Positions 9,707 through 19,291 of a stretch of 64,000 nt of DNA are shown piece by piece (the stretch's first letter is position 1; every line of letters begins with the position of its first letter). Made by a program: the position numbers and the translations under genes. This DNA comes from a virus. Taxonomy: Duplodnaviria > Caudoviricetes. The stretch lies in the IMG/VR virus record IMGVR_UViG_3300028591_000019, positions 1-64,000 of that record; one strand, 5' to 3'. The notes under the pieces are model-generated. The model was not told where the DNA came from. It ran no database searches and saw only the letters and a list, made by a program, of their open reading frames with translations.

Positions 9707-10939
9707 TTAGACGGTGATAAGACCGACCTTGCTTGCGAAGACTGCGACAGAATCGATAGACATCGTGATGTTAATACCAATCTCGAAGTCCGCAGACTTG
9801 GTCGGGTCGATGTCAAGCTGAATCGGAGTGCCGCTGTTGGTGGCAATCGTCATCGGCTTGTATCCGTTGCCCGCAAGCATCCAGACGTTGGTCGTGGACA
9901 GCATGGTGGTCGGGTTAGAATACATATCAACAGGAACGATAACGTCCTGCAACGGCATCAGTCTGACGCTCAAGAACTCGCCAAGATAGCCAGTCCGTGT
10001 ATAGTCAGCACCAAGCAGAGTCGCAATTGCCGCATCCATGTTGACGTTGGTAGAACCAGTCACTTGAGTCGGCAGGACTTTGGACAGAGCCTGTGCAGAA
10101 CCGATAGCCATCACATTGGAAATCGGAGTGTTGTTCAGAGCAGACACCTTGTTAGCAAGCGCAATCCAGTTCTGGTTGTTGAACACATAGGTCAGACCAG
10201 TCGGGATGAGCGTGGTATTGGAAGCCGCCGCTGTCATCGCCGCATTCCACAGACCCATCGTCTTGGCATACATACCCGCCGCAATGTTCGCAAAGAACTT
10301 ACCGAAATCCATTCCGTTGCCGATAAGTTGCATATACTTCGCAAAAATCTGCGCTGTACGGGGCTTCGGATTGAGCGTATATGTTTTGTCATAGAACCGA
10401 TTGCGGGGCTTAGAACGAGCCGCCCCCCAAGCAGAATCTTGAAATACAGGAATAGAACCAGAACCGACAGTCAGAGAATAGGTTTCACCGAAACCAACCT
10501 CTACGGTATCAGCAAACACGCTGACCGCTTCACTGTAGACTGCGGGAAGAATCGGAGTGATAACCTCTTGATAAATCCCTTGCAGGACACGATAGAACTG
10601 CGGGTCACCATAATACTTGGCGGCATTACGTTTGAAATCCTCGAAAGATTCGGGGGCAACTTCTCCCGTCTGCTCGCATACTTTACGAGCGGCATACAGC
10701 AGATGCTCTCTCTGGAATTTCTCGTTCAGTTCTGTGTACTGCTGATTCGTCAGCATACGGGACACACCACCGTCATTGCGGTTGAGTGCGCTCTGCATAG
10801 CGAGTTTTCCTTTGACAGCGTGTTCATAGGCGAGTACCCGTCCTTTGGAGACGATATCCGCACGACTGCCGTCAGCGACTTCGTTCTCGTTTACACGGAA
10901 GACGGAAGGAGAAATGGAATTAAGTGTAAGTTTAGACAT
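9707..10939 (-). CDS. Major capsid protein
   Basis: 410 aa. Position after portal, protease and decoration genes, strong RBS and a downstream stem-loop; composition fits an HK97-fold capsid. Confidence 0.8.
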   Translation of the reverse strand: MSKLTLNSISPSVFRVNENEVADGSRADIVSKGRVLAYEHAVKGKLAMQSALNRNDGGVSRMLTNQQYTELNEKFQREHLLYAARKVCEQTGEVAPESFEDFKRNAAKYYGDPQFYRVLQGIYQEVITPILPAVYSEAVSVFADTVEVGFGETYSLTVGSGSIPVFQDSAWGAARSKPRNRFYDKTYTLNPKPRTAQIFAKYMQLIGNGMDFGKFFANIAAGMYAKTMGLWNAAMTAAASNTTLIPTGLTYVFNNQNWIALANKVSALNNTPISNVMAIGSAQALSKVLPTQVTGSTNVNMDAAIATLLGADYTRTGYLGEFLSVRLMPLQDVIVPVDMYSNPTTMLSTTNVWMLAGNGYKPMTIATNSGTPIQLDIDPTKSADFEIGINITMSIDSVAVFASKVGLITV

Positions 10940-10959
10940 AATCTATATCTCCTTTCCTA

Positions 10960-11541
10960 TTAAGCGATGGGCTTCTCAGCACAGAGGTCGAGATAGCCAA
11001 AGCTTTCGGTCGTACCTTCAATGAACTTGCCCGTTCCACGGAGCGAGAAGTACAGACCACTCTGCGGGGCAGTAGCGGCGGGCGAAAGCAGACCGTCATC
11101 AATCGTGAAGAAGGTGTTGCTTCCTACTGTGCCGTCAACATTGCCCTCACCAAAACGATAGACGGACTCGCCATCGAAATCGATACGGGTGAAAGTGCAT
11201 TCTCTTCCTGCGGGTGCGGGAAGTCCAAGGGTGTTCGTTCCAACCGCATACTGACCGCCGAAAATCGGGTCAATAAGCAGGTTGACATCGTGAGTATTGC
11301 AAGCGTAAATAACATCGCCTGCACCAACGGTCGATGCCGCCGCATTCATATACCAAGTGTTCTCGTTCTTCACGTTTGCGAAACCTTCGCAATCGGTCTG
11401 ACCGTTACGAACGCAGAGCATACCCGCAGAGCAGATAGCGTCAGCGGAATCTTCTTGGTAACGTCCTGCGATATTGGCAAGGTCTTCAAAACGACCGTTC
11501 GTAATACGGGCTTCAAAAGCCGTCTTTGCGATATAAGCCAT
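10960..11541 (-). CDS. Head decoration/cement protein
   Basis: 193 aa, Gly/Ala/Thr-rich beta protein between scaffold and capsid genes. Confidence 0.55.
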   Translation of the reverse strand: MAYIAKTAFEARITNGRFEDLANIAGRYQEDSADAICSAGMLCVRNGQTDCEGFANVKNENTWYMNAAASTVGAGDVIYACNTHDVNLLIDPIFGGQYAVGTNTLGLPAPAGRECTFTRIDFDGESVYRFGEGNVDGTVGSNTFFTIDDGLLSPAATAPQSGLYFSLRGTGKFIEGTTESFGYLDLCAEKPIA

Positions 11542-11555
11542 ATTGTCAGTCTCCT

Positions 11556-13163
11556 TTAGTCAATTCCCCATTTAGACAGCAGAGCATCTACGCTACCGTC
11601 ATCATGGTTGCCATGCATTGTAAATGCAGTCCATCCAGACACTTTCTTTTTGTCCTGTGCCGCTTTCGCATCCATCTGCATAACAGCTTTGGCACATACC
11701 GCCAGAACAGCGTCTTCAACTTCTTTATCACCAATCCATACGTTCTCTTCGTTGACACGTTCCGTATACTTGTTCGCTTCAATGTCAGCAAGGATAGTAT
11801 CGATAGCATTATGCTCAACCTTCCCCTCACGATTCGCATTGAAGGACTTGAGTGCGGACTCCGCAACGCTCTTAGCGGCAGACAGCCTACGGGCATTCTC
11901 CGCATCACGCATGGCAGTAATTGTATTCTGTGCATCTTCCAGTTCTTTCTGCGTGGAAGTTACAAGCGCAGAAATGCTAACAACACGCTCCGCAAGAGAC
12001 TCGGTCATGCTGTACACATCAAGTTCTACAGAATGCTCATCATCGATAGGCATACTGGCATTGACAGCAACACGTTCGATTCTCTCTGGAACGATTGTTC
12101 TCTCGGAAGACGGCATAGCGTACTTATAGATTCCACCGTCTTCAGAAGACATGAGACAGACATGAACGGTATCGTTAACCATTTCGGCGGCGATTACCTT
12201 ATAGTCTGTAAACAGTTTCTGAAGTTCGGCTAAATCTCTTTTCTTGTAAGCCATTCCTCTTGTCTCCTTATTTGTCGTTATCACCGAAGAACCACAGGAT
12301 TCTTCTGAAAACTCTACGGGCTGTTCCTCTTCGGGTTCATCCTCATCGTCATCGTCTGTGTCATCCACATCATCCGTGTCATCTGGTTCTTCCGATTCGG
12401 GTTCGTCCGTTTCGTCTTCGGGGTCTTCCTGCTCTTCTTCGTCTGGTTCATTGCCGTCATCATCGGCATCTTCACATTGATGACCATCGTCACCGCACTG
12501 ATGACCCTCGTCACCACACTGATGACCCTCGTCACCACATTCTTGATAGGAAGCGGCTCGTACTTTCAAAATCTTGAACTCGCTCTCTATCTCTTGCAGA
12601 GCCTTTATCCTAGCGTTCTCAACCGCAGGAGCGACACCGTCTCCAAGAATCGTAGTCCCAAGAACAAGGAACTCATCCATCACTTCGACATCGCCGTTCA
12701 TATGCGATTCAGTAACAAGAGTCTCGATGCTAACAGACATCTCCCGCCCCCGTAGCGAGTCAGTCTCAATCTTCGAGACAAGTTCTGCGGCATACCATTT
12801 CCACAGGAAACCTTTTGCCACAAGCCATTTGACACCGTTCACATCTTCTACTCGGATATCCTCTGGCTTTTCGGATAACGCTCCGACAATCCTTTCTGAA
12901 TCTGCGGATACAAAGGACGCATACTCTTCTCCGTTCGCATCTCTGCGAGTCTGGAAATTGTGTCCGTCTCCGACCTTGTTGCCTACATATGCAATGAGAA
13001 TCGGTGTCCCCGCAAATAAATCTTTCTTTTGGACAACGGACGGATACTGCCATTTGTTCCGATTGACTTGGTCATTTACAAGCCATATCTCAATCGGATA
13101 CAGGAACTCTGTCTGCCGTTCTAGCAGTTTCAGCTTTCCGTCAATCTGCCTGTACTCTGACAT
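11556..13163 (-). CDS. Prohead protease/scaffold fusion
   Basis: N-terminal protease-like domain (GDGHN, WLVAKGFLWK, EMSVSIE, LGTTILG), a very acidic linker and a C-terminal coiled coil; located between portal and capsid. Confidence 0.7.
   Translation of the reverse strand: MSEYRQIDGKLKLLERQTEFLYPIEIWLVNDQVNRNKWQYPSVVQKKDLFAGTPILIAYVGNKVGDGHNFQTRRDANGEEYASFVSADSERIVGALSEKPEDIRVEDVNGVKWLVAKGFLWKWYAAELVSKIETDSLRGREMSVSIETLVTESHMNGDVEVMDEFLVLGTTILGDGVAPAVENARIKALQEIESEFKILKVRAASYQECGDEGHQCGDEGHQCGDDGHQCEDADDDGNEPDEEEQEDPEDETDEPESEEPDDTDDVDDTDDDDEDEPEEEQPVEFSEESCGSSVITTNKETRGMAYKKRDLAELQKLFTDYKVIAAEMVNDTVHVCLMSSEDGGIYKYAMPSSERTIVPERIERVAVNASMPIDDEHSVELDVYSMTESLAERVVSISALVTSTQKELEDAQNTITAMRDAENARRLSAAKSVAESALKSFNANREGKVEHNAIDTILADIEANKYTERVNEENVWIGDKEVEDAVLAVCAKAVMQMDAKAAQDKKKVSGWTAFTMHGNHDDGSVDALLSKWGID
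12480..12542 (-). repeat. In-frame 21-bp tandem repeat x3 encoding CGD(E/D)GHQ
   Basis: Protein reads ECGDEGHQCGDEGHQCGDDGHQCED; DNA unit tgatgaccctcgtcaccacac is repeated with few changes. Confidence 0.9.
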
Positions 13164-13181
13164 ATCTTCTCCACCTTTTAA

Positions 13182-14915
13182 TTATTCAGAATCTCTCGAT
13201 TCTTCTGTTCCTTCTTCCGTTATCTCTTCAGACTCGATGCTCGGTCTTCCTGCCGTTCTGTTGATAGTCTGGCTAGACCCGTCATTGTCATCGCTCGTCT
13301 GTGTATATGAAGTCTTTAACGGAATCCTCTTCTCAAGAATCCCGACTCCGCTGACAGCATTGCTGATAGAAAGGTCATCAAGCAAAGAATGTCCGCAAAT
13401 CGCATCGTATTTCATCGTGTCCATCAGAATGCCAAGGCTCATTCCTGCACGGGCATTCTCTTTTTCTGTCTGCTCGGAGAAGATATCTCCAAACATTACG
13501 AACCGCCACTCATGCTTCAGACCTATCGTGGAGTACAGCCAGTTCATCATCGACTCAAAAGTTCTGTACACACAGCGCATATACTGGGATTCAATCTTTG
13601 CGCTTATCTCGACCATGCCGACTCTCGGCTCTGTGGTGGCATTTACGATACCACTACCAGATTTCATAATCGTGTAGCTGTATCCCTTAGAAGAAATCTC
13701 CGTTGCGCTCGGTGCTTCCGCAAGCTGTTCCAGTTTCATGTTCTTCAGCGGAGCGGCGAAGAAGCCGATACCAGACGTATTGTTCTGGGCAAGCATCTGA
13801 TACCACAACGCTTCAAAGAACGCTCTGCCAGAAGGAGACAGCTTATACGCATCTTCCATTGCGGTCATTCCGTTGGTGTCCGCATATTCCATCTCGCCAA
13901 GCACTACGCTGACAAGAGGATTGGCAAGCAATTCCAACTGCAAGTTTTCATACTGTGCAATCTGTGCCATCGAGAGCATCAAGCCCGTCATCGGCGGTAC
14001 GACATTCCTGTCGCTGTCATCACACTCAAACGTCCATACCGTTTCAGCAGGAAGCGTTACCCACCAGAACCATCTGCCGTTCTGGTAATACACATTCGGA
14101 TTGCCACGCATCTTGCCGATATCCTGTCTCTTCAGAGAGGAATACTTAACACGCTTTCTGTCATCCACATAGCCAAGAAGGTCATCCAGATACGGAACAA
14201 ACAAGTCCCCAAACTGAAGCGGGTCTGTACCTTCCTCAAGGAAGTACATCATATTGAAAGCAACGGTATACTTTGTGATGTTATTGAACCCGACAATCTT
14301 GCACCAGTCCTGCGGAAGTTGCTGAAGGAAGCAATAGTTAACATTGTTATGCGGTCTATCCAAAGACTTCCGCAGAATGTAAAAACCTTTTCCTTCCCGT
14401 CCGCATTGCATAGCAATCTGATGCGCTGTCTGTGCGGGGTCGATATATTTGGAAATCTTCTCTACAAGTCTCCATTCCCGCATGACAGTCTTCTTCTCTG
14501 CATCGGAAGTTATCTCTTCCAAGTCAGCAGGATAGGTGTAATGCCTGTAGGTCAGAATATCCGCATAAGTTTTGATAAGTTTGAAATAAGGATATGCCGT
14601 GTAGGTAAGAGCATTTGATACTTGTCTTAACGGCAGTTCGTTACCAGACGGGTTAAGAAGCATTTCGACAAGCTTGTTCTTGCCGTACTCTCTCGGAAGA
14701 GAAGTGATTGCTTTGACACGGTCGTTCTGGACATACGGGTTCGCTGTCATCATCAAGTTCTGCATATTCGCAAGACCACGATACGCACCCGTTCTCGTAA
14801 GCGCAGAATATAACGAATCGGACGGCATCCCGCTGTACTTCGATTCAATATCTCGGAACAGCTTCTGGAATGTCAGCTGATTCGTGTTCTCTTTCAATTC
14901 TTTATTCTCTTCCAT
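13182..14915 (-). CDS. Portal protein
   Basis: 577 aa, helical, directly downstream of the terminase region. Confidence 0.75.
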   Translation of the reverse strand: MEENKELKENTNQLTFQKLFRDIESKYSGMPSDSLYSALTRTGAYRGLANMQNLMMTANPYVQNDRVKAITSLPREYGKNKLVEMLLNPSGNELPLRQVSNALTYTAYPYFKLIKTYADILTYRHYTYPADLEEITSDAEKKTVMREWRLVEKISKYIDPAQTAHQIAMQCGREGKGFYILRKSLDRPHNNVNYCFLQQLPQDWCKIVGFNNITKYTVAFNMMYFLEEGTDPLQFGDLFVPYLDDLLGYVDDRKRVKYSSLKRQDIGKMRGNPNVYYQNGRWFWWVTLPAETVWTFECDDSDRNVVPPMTGLMLSMAQIAQYENLQLELLANPLVSVVLGEMEYADTNGMTAMEDAYKLSPSGRAFFEALWYQMLAQNNTSGIGFFAAPLKNMKLEQLAEAPSATEISSKGYSYTIMKSGSGIVNATTEPRVGMVEISAKIESQYMRCVYRTFESMMNWLYSTIGLKHEWRFVMFGDIFSEQTEKENARAGMSLGILMDTMKYDAICGHSLLDDLSISNAVSGVGILEKRIPLKTSYTQTSDDNDGSSQTINRTAGRPSIESEEITEEGTEESRDSE

Positions 14916-15246
14916 TCAGTCGTTCTTGCTCCCGCTCAAGTTCTTCTTTAAACTCTTTAAGAAAGTCTACTTGTGCCTTTTCTATCGTTTCCCTGTGCTT
15001 CTCTTCAAACTCCCGTAGGATTTCAAGATTGTTCTCATTCAGCCATTCAGCATCATCTTTTGACAGGGCATCGTAATTCTCTTGACTGATTTCCGCTACG
15101 TCCTGTTCTTCCAGTTTCTCCCCTGTATAAACAAGAACGTACTTCGTTGTAATCCTGTGAAAACGCTCTTTCAGCGCAAACTTGATATTCTCATCTGTTG
15201 GTCGCATAGCATACAGCCGCCACACTATGCTCTTTGTCTCGCTCAT
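14902..15246 (-). CDS. Hypothetical protein between terminase and portal
   Basis: Likely start MSETK at 15246, overlapping the terminase stop (ATGA). Confidence 0.55.
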   Translation of the reverse strand: MSETKSIVWRLYAMRPTDENIKFALKERFHRITTKYVLVYTGEKLEEQDVAEISQENYDALSKDDAEWLNENNLEILREFEEKHRETIEKAQVDFLKEFKEELEREQERLNGRE

Positions 15247-17066
15247 AACTGGTTTCCACCCTTCCTCACAAAACCAATCCTCGACTTCGTTCCCGATGTG
15301 GAATGCGGAATCTTGCCGCCCTTCCCAGAAAAGAACTTCGTCCATCTGTTTTCCTGCTTTACGCTCTCGACCAGTTCCTTGTACTCAATCAAGTGCGAAA
15401 GCCATAAAGCATATTTCGTTGCCGACCACATATCTCGCTGTATCGCTTTGCTGATTCGTTCTTCCCGAATCGAACTGCCCGATGCTTTCTTCCGTAGGTT
15501 GGCAATCTGTCCGCACATCTCTCTTGTCTTGATATACGGAACTGCTATTTGATTATCAACAGAATCGTCTTTGATTCTGTGAAGAAGCTTGTAAGCTTTG
15601 ATTCCGCTGTGAAGGTTCGATACAAGCAACTGCACGTTCCTGTGTTCAAACTCCATCTCGGCGTACTTAATCATTTCACCGTCCGAATCGCCATGCCCTA
15701 CGCTCGTACCGCCTGTAGCACGAATCGGATAGATACACGGAATCGCATTCGGAAGTTCTATGTCAGCTAACTCATGGTCTATCGTGCAAAGGGGCGGGAG
15801 TCCGTCTCCCAAATCCTTGTGCAAATCTTCAAGCACAGACCTTCCGTATGAGTTAGCGTCAATCGCAATGTAAGTCCCTCTCCCACCATCGAGACAGAAC
15901 CGATACCAACGGTCTTTCAACTGCCGTGCCTGTATCATGCTGTCTCGTGGCGGCGGGTTATCTGCAATGTAAACAAAACTTTTGAGGAACTTATCCTTTC
16001 CGTTCTGTTTCTCTAACTTGCAGACCGCAGTAGCGCATTTAGCGTTCCTCGCTCCTTCGGCATACGAAACGTCATATCCGATAACGTATATGACATCTTT
16101 ATCTCCGCAATGCCGATTCTCCATGTACATCAGAGTCTTGCTCTCTGTCAGTACGGAATCCCTTATAACGGGGTTCTCGCTTGACCCCGTCCAGATAGAA
16201 TCAATCTCTCGAAGCTGTGCTTCGGGAGTCTGCTTCTTCCGTAGGTCTTGATAATACTCGACTTCCCTTATCCCAGACAGACACGCTACCGTTGCGGGGA
16301 AATCCAGACATATCGAGTTCTTACCCTCTAACATCTCTGCGAAAGTATCATTCCGATACTCGAAAGACGCATTCTGCTGATTGCCCGCAGACGTAATGTA
16401 GTTCTTCTGGAAGTGCGGGAAATTCGGGTCACGCTCCTTGTTCACCATTCTTGGAACACGGGCTGTCGGAAGGACTGCATTCGCAAATCTCTCGAAGTCG
16501 AATGCCTTGCCGCTTTCTTCCTGCGCTACCTCTTCTGCCGTAATGCTATGACAGTCGTTACCACGTTCTACAGATATTGTGATTGACGAGCCATAAGCCG
16601 TCTTAATCTCAAATTTGTCTGAACTGTTCGTAACCACGTCCCAATGAGCCGCAAGGACTGGGTACTGCTGACATATCGCTTGCCACTTCTCCGATGCAAT
16701 GCTTGCCATCTGCTCCTTTGTCGGAGCGGCATAACGCATTGTTGTGGCAGGATACAAGACACCTATCAGCATCTTTGCTAGGAAGCAACAGAAACTCTTT
16801 GTAAATCCACGACTCGCCGTGACGAATGCGTGTTGGTAGTGGAAGAAGATTCTGATGAGGATTCTCTGTACAATCTCCAAGTAGTACAGAGGATTCTCCG
16901 CTTCCATCAAGTCGAGCAGTCTGTCTGGCATTGCTCTCCAGTAGGAAACCAACAGCCCCCACGAATCCACATCGTACAGTTCGATTCCACCGTAGTCGAT
17001 TTTCCGCTCGGTTTCCTCTCTGACCCATGCCCTCTTCGTGTTAGAATATTTCCATCCCTGTGGCAT
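15243..17066 (-). CDS. terL: Terminase large subunit
   Basis: 607 aa; Walker A-like ASRGFTKS, Walker B-like ITAEE, coupling motif YITSAG, and RNase H-like nuclease motifs VIGYDVS, YIAIDANSYG and RDMWSA. Confidence 0.88.
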   Translation of the reverse strand: MPQGWKYSNTKRAWVREETERKIDYGGIELYDVDSWGLLVSYWRAMPDRLLDLMEAENPLYYLEIVQRILIRIFFHYQHAFVTASRGFTKSFCCFLAKMLIGVLYPATTMRYAAPTKEQMASIASEKWQAICQQYPVLAAHWDVVTNSSDKFEIKTAYGSSITISVERGNDCHSITAEEVAQEESGKAFDFERFANAVLPTARVPRMVNKERDPNFPHFQKNYITSAGNQQNASFEYRNDTFAEMLEGKNSICLDFPATVACLSGIREVEYYQDLRKKQTPEAQLREIDSIWTGSSENPVIRDSVLTESKTLMYMENRHCGDKDVIYVIGYDVSYAEGARNAKCATAVCKLEKQNGKDKFLKSFVYIADNPPPRDSMIQARQLKDRWYRFCLDGGRGTYIAIDANSYGRSVLEDLHKDLGDGLPPLCTIDHELADIELPNAIPCIYPIRATGGTSVGHGDSDGEMIKYAEMEFEHRNVQLLVSNLHSGIKAYKLLHRIKDDSVDNQIAVPYIKTREMCGQIANLRKKASGSSIREERISKAIQRDMWSATKYALWLSHLIEYKELVESVKQENRWTKFFSGKGGKIPHSTSGTKSRIGFVRKGGNQL

Positions 17067-17067
17067 A

Positions 17068-18129
17068 TCAGCTTTCCCTTACTGGCGGGAGAATCCCAAG
17101 TTCAGCCATGACTTCCTGTTCGTGTTCTGTCGGTTTGTCCAACAGTTCGTGGAAGACATCCTTAACTTGTCCTTCTTTCGGCAACTCTATGAGTTCCGAT
17201 TCTCCGTTGTTCCGTCTCATGGTATTGACCGTACACATGATTATCTCGTCCACAACATCAAGCGAGGTATGATACTGCGGATGGTCTTTCGCCAGAATCG
17301 CTCGGAGTTCATCCACTCCTACGATTTGGTTATTCTGAACCGCTCCCTTTTCTTCGAGGTGCGTAATCAGCGCATCCACCTTCATCGCTTCCAACGGCTT
17401 TACATCGGTCGCTCTCATACCTTCACGAGCCATAGCGTCTTTAATCATGTCCGAATAACGCTTTGCTCCTTGGGAATCCCCAAGACCGACACAGCGTTTC
17501 CATTCAAGACGGGATACGCAAATCTCTCGCAGAGACATATCTACTCGGGGAGTAATCGCTCCCTTGTACTCAGCCGCCTGTTCTTTATACAAAGACTCCA
17601 GTTCTTCCAGTTCACGCTTGGTGTACTCAACTGGCTCTCCACCCTCGGAGAATTTCGCCCCCCATCGCTCTCTTGCTTGGGCAAGGATTGTGTCTTTTCT
17701 TTTCTTCGGCTCTGCCTTTTCGTAGACCGTTTCTCCTGCACCGAAAGTTGCATATTCGCCAGACTGTGCATTACGGTTTAAGTTTTGCTCTCTTAAATTT
17801 TGAAGGTACTGCTTCCAGTCTTTTGACTGGTGTGCTATCTCTGCGTAGAACGGCGTGTCACAAGCGGCACAATAAATGTAAATCGCCATGACCTTGTCCT
17901 TGCATTGCTTCTGTAGTTCCTTGACTTTCGCCGTCTGGCAGTCAATACACCACGGAAGATACCCAGTTTTAAACCAAGTGTTTCGGACTCCCTTAGAATT
18001 GCTCGGTACTAATTCCTCTCCGCAGGATAAGCAAAATCTATAATTAAGTTTGGCATCTTGCTCCAAAATGATTCCTCTTTCCACAAGATAACTATTCTTG
18101 TCTGCGAGATGCCCAAAACCATTAAACAC
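17068..18129 (-). CDS. terS: Terminase small subunit (large Zn-finger type)
   Basis: 353 aa with N-terminal CxxC pairs (CLSC, CIDC, YCAAC); immediately upstream of terL; GTG start. Confidence 0.6.
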   Translation of the reverse strand: MFNGFGHLADKNSYLVERGIILEQDAKLNYRFCLSCGEELVPSNSKGVRNTWFKTGYLPWCIDCQTAKVKELQKQCKDKVMAIYIYCAACDTPFYAEIAHQSKDWKQYLQNLREQNLNRNAQSGEYATFGAGETVYEKAEPKKRKDTILAQARERWGAKFSEGGEPVEYTKRELEELESLYKEQAAEYKGAITPRVDMSLREICVSRLEWKRCVGLGDSQGAKRYSDMIKDAMAREGMRATDVKPLEAMKVDALITHLEEKGAVQNNQIVGVDELRAILAKDHPQYHTSLDVVDEIIMCTVNTMRRNNGESELIELPKEGQVKDVFHELLDKPTEHEQEVMAELGILPPVRES

Positions 18130-18176
18130 GGCATCTCGCCTTTCTTTCTTGGAGGAAGGACGCTTGTGTGAATCCT

Positions 18177-18230
18177 AAAAAAAATAGCACACCTGTCGTT
18201 CCTCAGAGAGGTTAGCACGACAAGTGTGCT
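18177..18230 (-). terminator. Long hairpin plus U-tract directly upstream of terS (late-operon attenuator candidate)
   Basis: Arms 18186-18199 and 18217-18230 (AGCACAC-c-TGTCGT / ACGACA-a-GTGTGCT), inner CCTC-aga-GAGG; the A-run at 18177-18184 becomes a U-tract on the minus strand. Confidence 0.65.
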
Positions 18231-18296
18231 GATTAGAAAGGTACACCACTACCCAACTACGCTTGTATTATACCACATTTGGTATTTGTTTGTCTA

Positions 18297-18497
18297 TCAT
18301 TTATCGACTAACTGTCTCCGATATATGATAGAAGTTCGCTTACATAACTCGCATCTTACGGTTGCAACTACGTCCGTGTCCTTATTGTACGGTACGTTCA
18401 CCTCTCGTCCCCTGTGCCTTATACACAGAAAGTTTTCCTTATACACGCCAAGAGGTCTTCCGCACGTTTCGCAAATAAGAATACGTTCCTTTTGCAT
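18297..18497 (-). CDS. Com-like zinc-ribbon regulator
   Basis: MQKERILICETCGRPLG...VRCELCK; two CxxC pairs in 66 aa with Mu Com-like spacing. Confidence 0.5.
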   Translation of the reverse strand: MQKERILICETCGRPLGVYKENFLCIRHRGREVNVPYNKDTDVVATVRCELCKRTSIIYRRQLVDK

Positions 18498-18501
18498 CCT
18501 G

Positions 18502-18732
18502 CTATGATATTCTCCTTTCTGTCTTGAACAGCGACAGCGGAACAGCATAACAGTCTATCGTCCCGTTGCTCTGTATCGGACACCGTACTATGTCCCTGTA
18601 ATCGCAACTGTAAATATCTGGCAACGATTTCGCCTGTGTGAACTTCACAAGGTTCTTTCCTTTTCCTACCTTATACGTTGCAATCAGTACTACTCTATCC
18701 TTCCATCTTGGTTGCCTTATCTCGATACACAT
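18502..18732 (-). CDS. Hypothetical protein
   Basis: 76-aa ORF translationally coupled to the resolvase. Confidence 0.5.
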   Translation of the reverse strand: MCIEIRQPRWKDRVVLIATYKVGKGKNLVKFTQAKSLPDIYSCDYRDIVRCPIQSNGTIDCYAVPLSLFKTERRIS

Positions 18733-19211
18733 TACTCTTCCCCCTTATTCAAATCCAAATAAGTTATCCCTATTGCGTATGAACTCCAGACATCGGCTCG
18801 GAATCCGAAAAACCAATCTGGTTCATCCTTCGTTCCCTTTCCGTTTTTGAAGTCATGCTTCGCAAATCTGTCTATCAACGCTTGCCGTATATTTGCGTCC
18901 TTCGCTTTCATCGACCCGCAAAGGTTTATCTTCTCGTCCTTACGGAATATCGGGAACACGGAAATCCCTCTGTCTACAGCACATTGGATAAATCGTCCGT
19001 TCCATTCGATACTCTTAATCGTGCTTTGCCCTACCGCCATCCCGTAAGAAGCAAACGCTTCGTAAACCAGTTTCCCGTACTCCTCTGTCTTCACGATTCC
19101 AAGAAGTTCTTCGTTCGATATCTTCCCGAATCTCAACGGCATATACGTTTGTTCCTGCATAAGGCAGAAACCACTCTCTGTCGTTCCTACATCCAACGCC
19201 AAAATATTCAT
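18732..19211 (-). CDS. RuvC-like Holliday junction resolvase
   Basis: MNILALDVGTTESG N-terminal RNase H-fold motif, central E (LVYE), C-terminal ADVWSSYAIG. Confidence 0.75.
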   Translation of the reverse strand: MNILALDVGTTESGFCLMQEQTYMPLRFGKISNEELLGIVKTEEYGKLVYEAFASYGMAVGQSTIKSIEWNGRFIQCAVDRGISVFPIFRKDEKINLCGSMKAKDANIRQALIDRFAKHDFKNGKGTKDEPDWFFGFRADVWSSYAIGITYLDLNKGEE

Positions 19212-19291
19212 CAGTCCAATAAAGCGAAGAGGATAAGAACTATAATCAACCGAACCGCTATTGCTACTGCCATCTCCGTCTGCTCCTTTCC

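Noticed and set aside
9629-14618. Long plus-strand ORFs (9629-10963, 12574-13677, 13389-14618)
   Set aside because: They are antisense shadows of the capsid, scaffold and portal genes, with no RBS or recognisable motifs.
15247-15345. 100-bp overlap of the 147-aa ORF with terL
   Set aside because: An ATGA-coupled start at 15246 removes the overlap.
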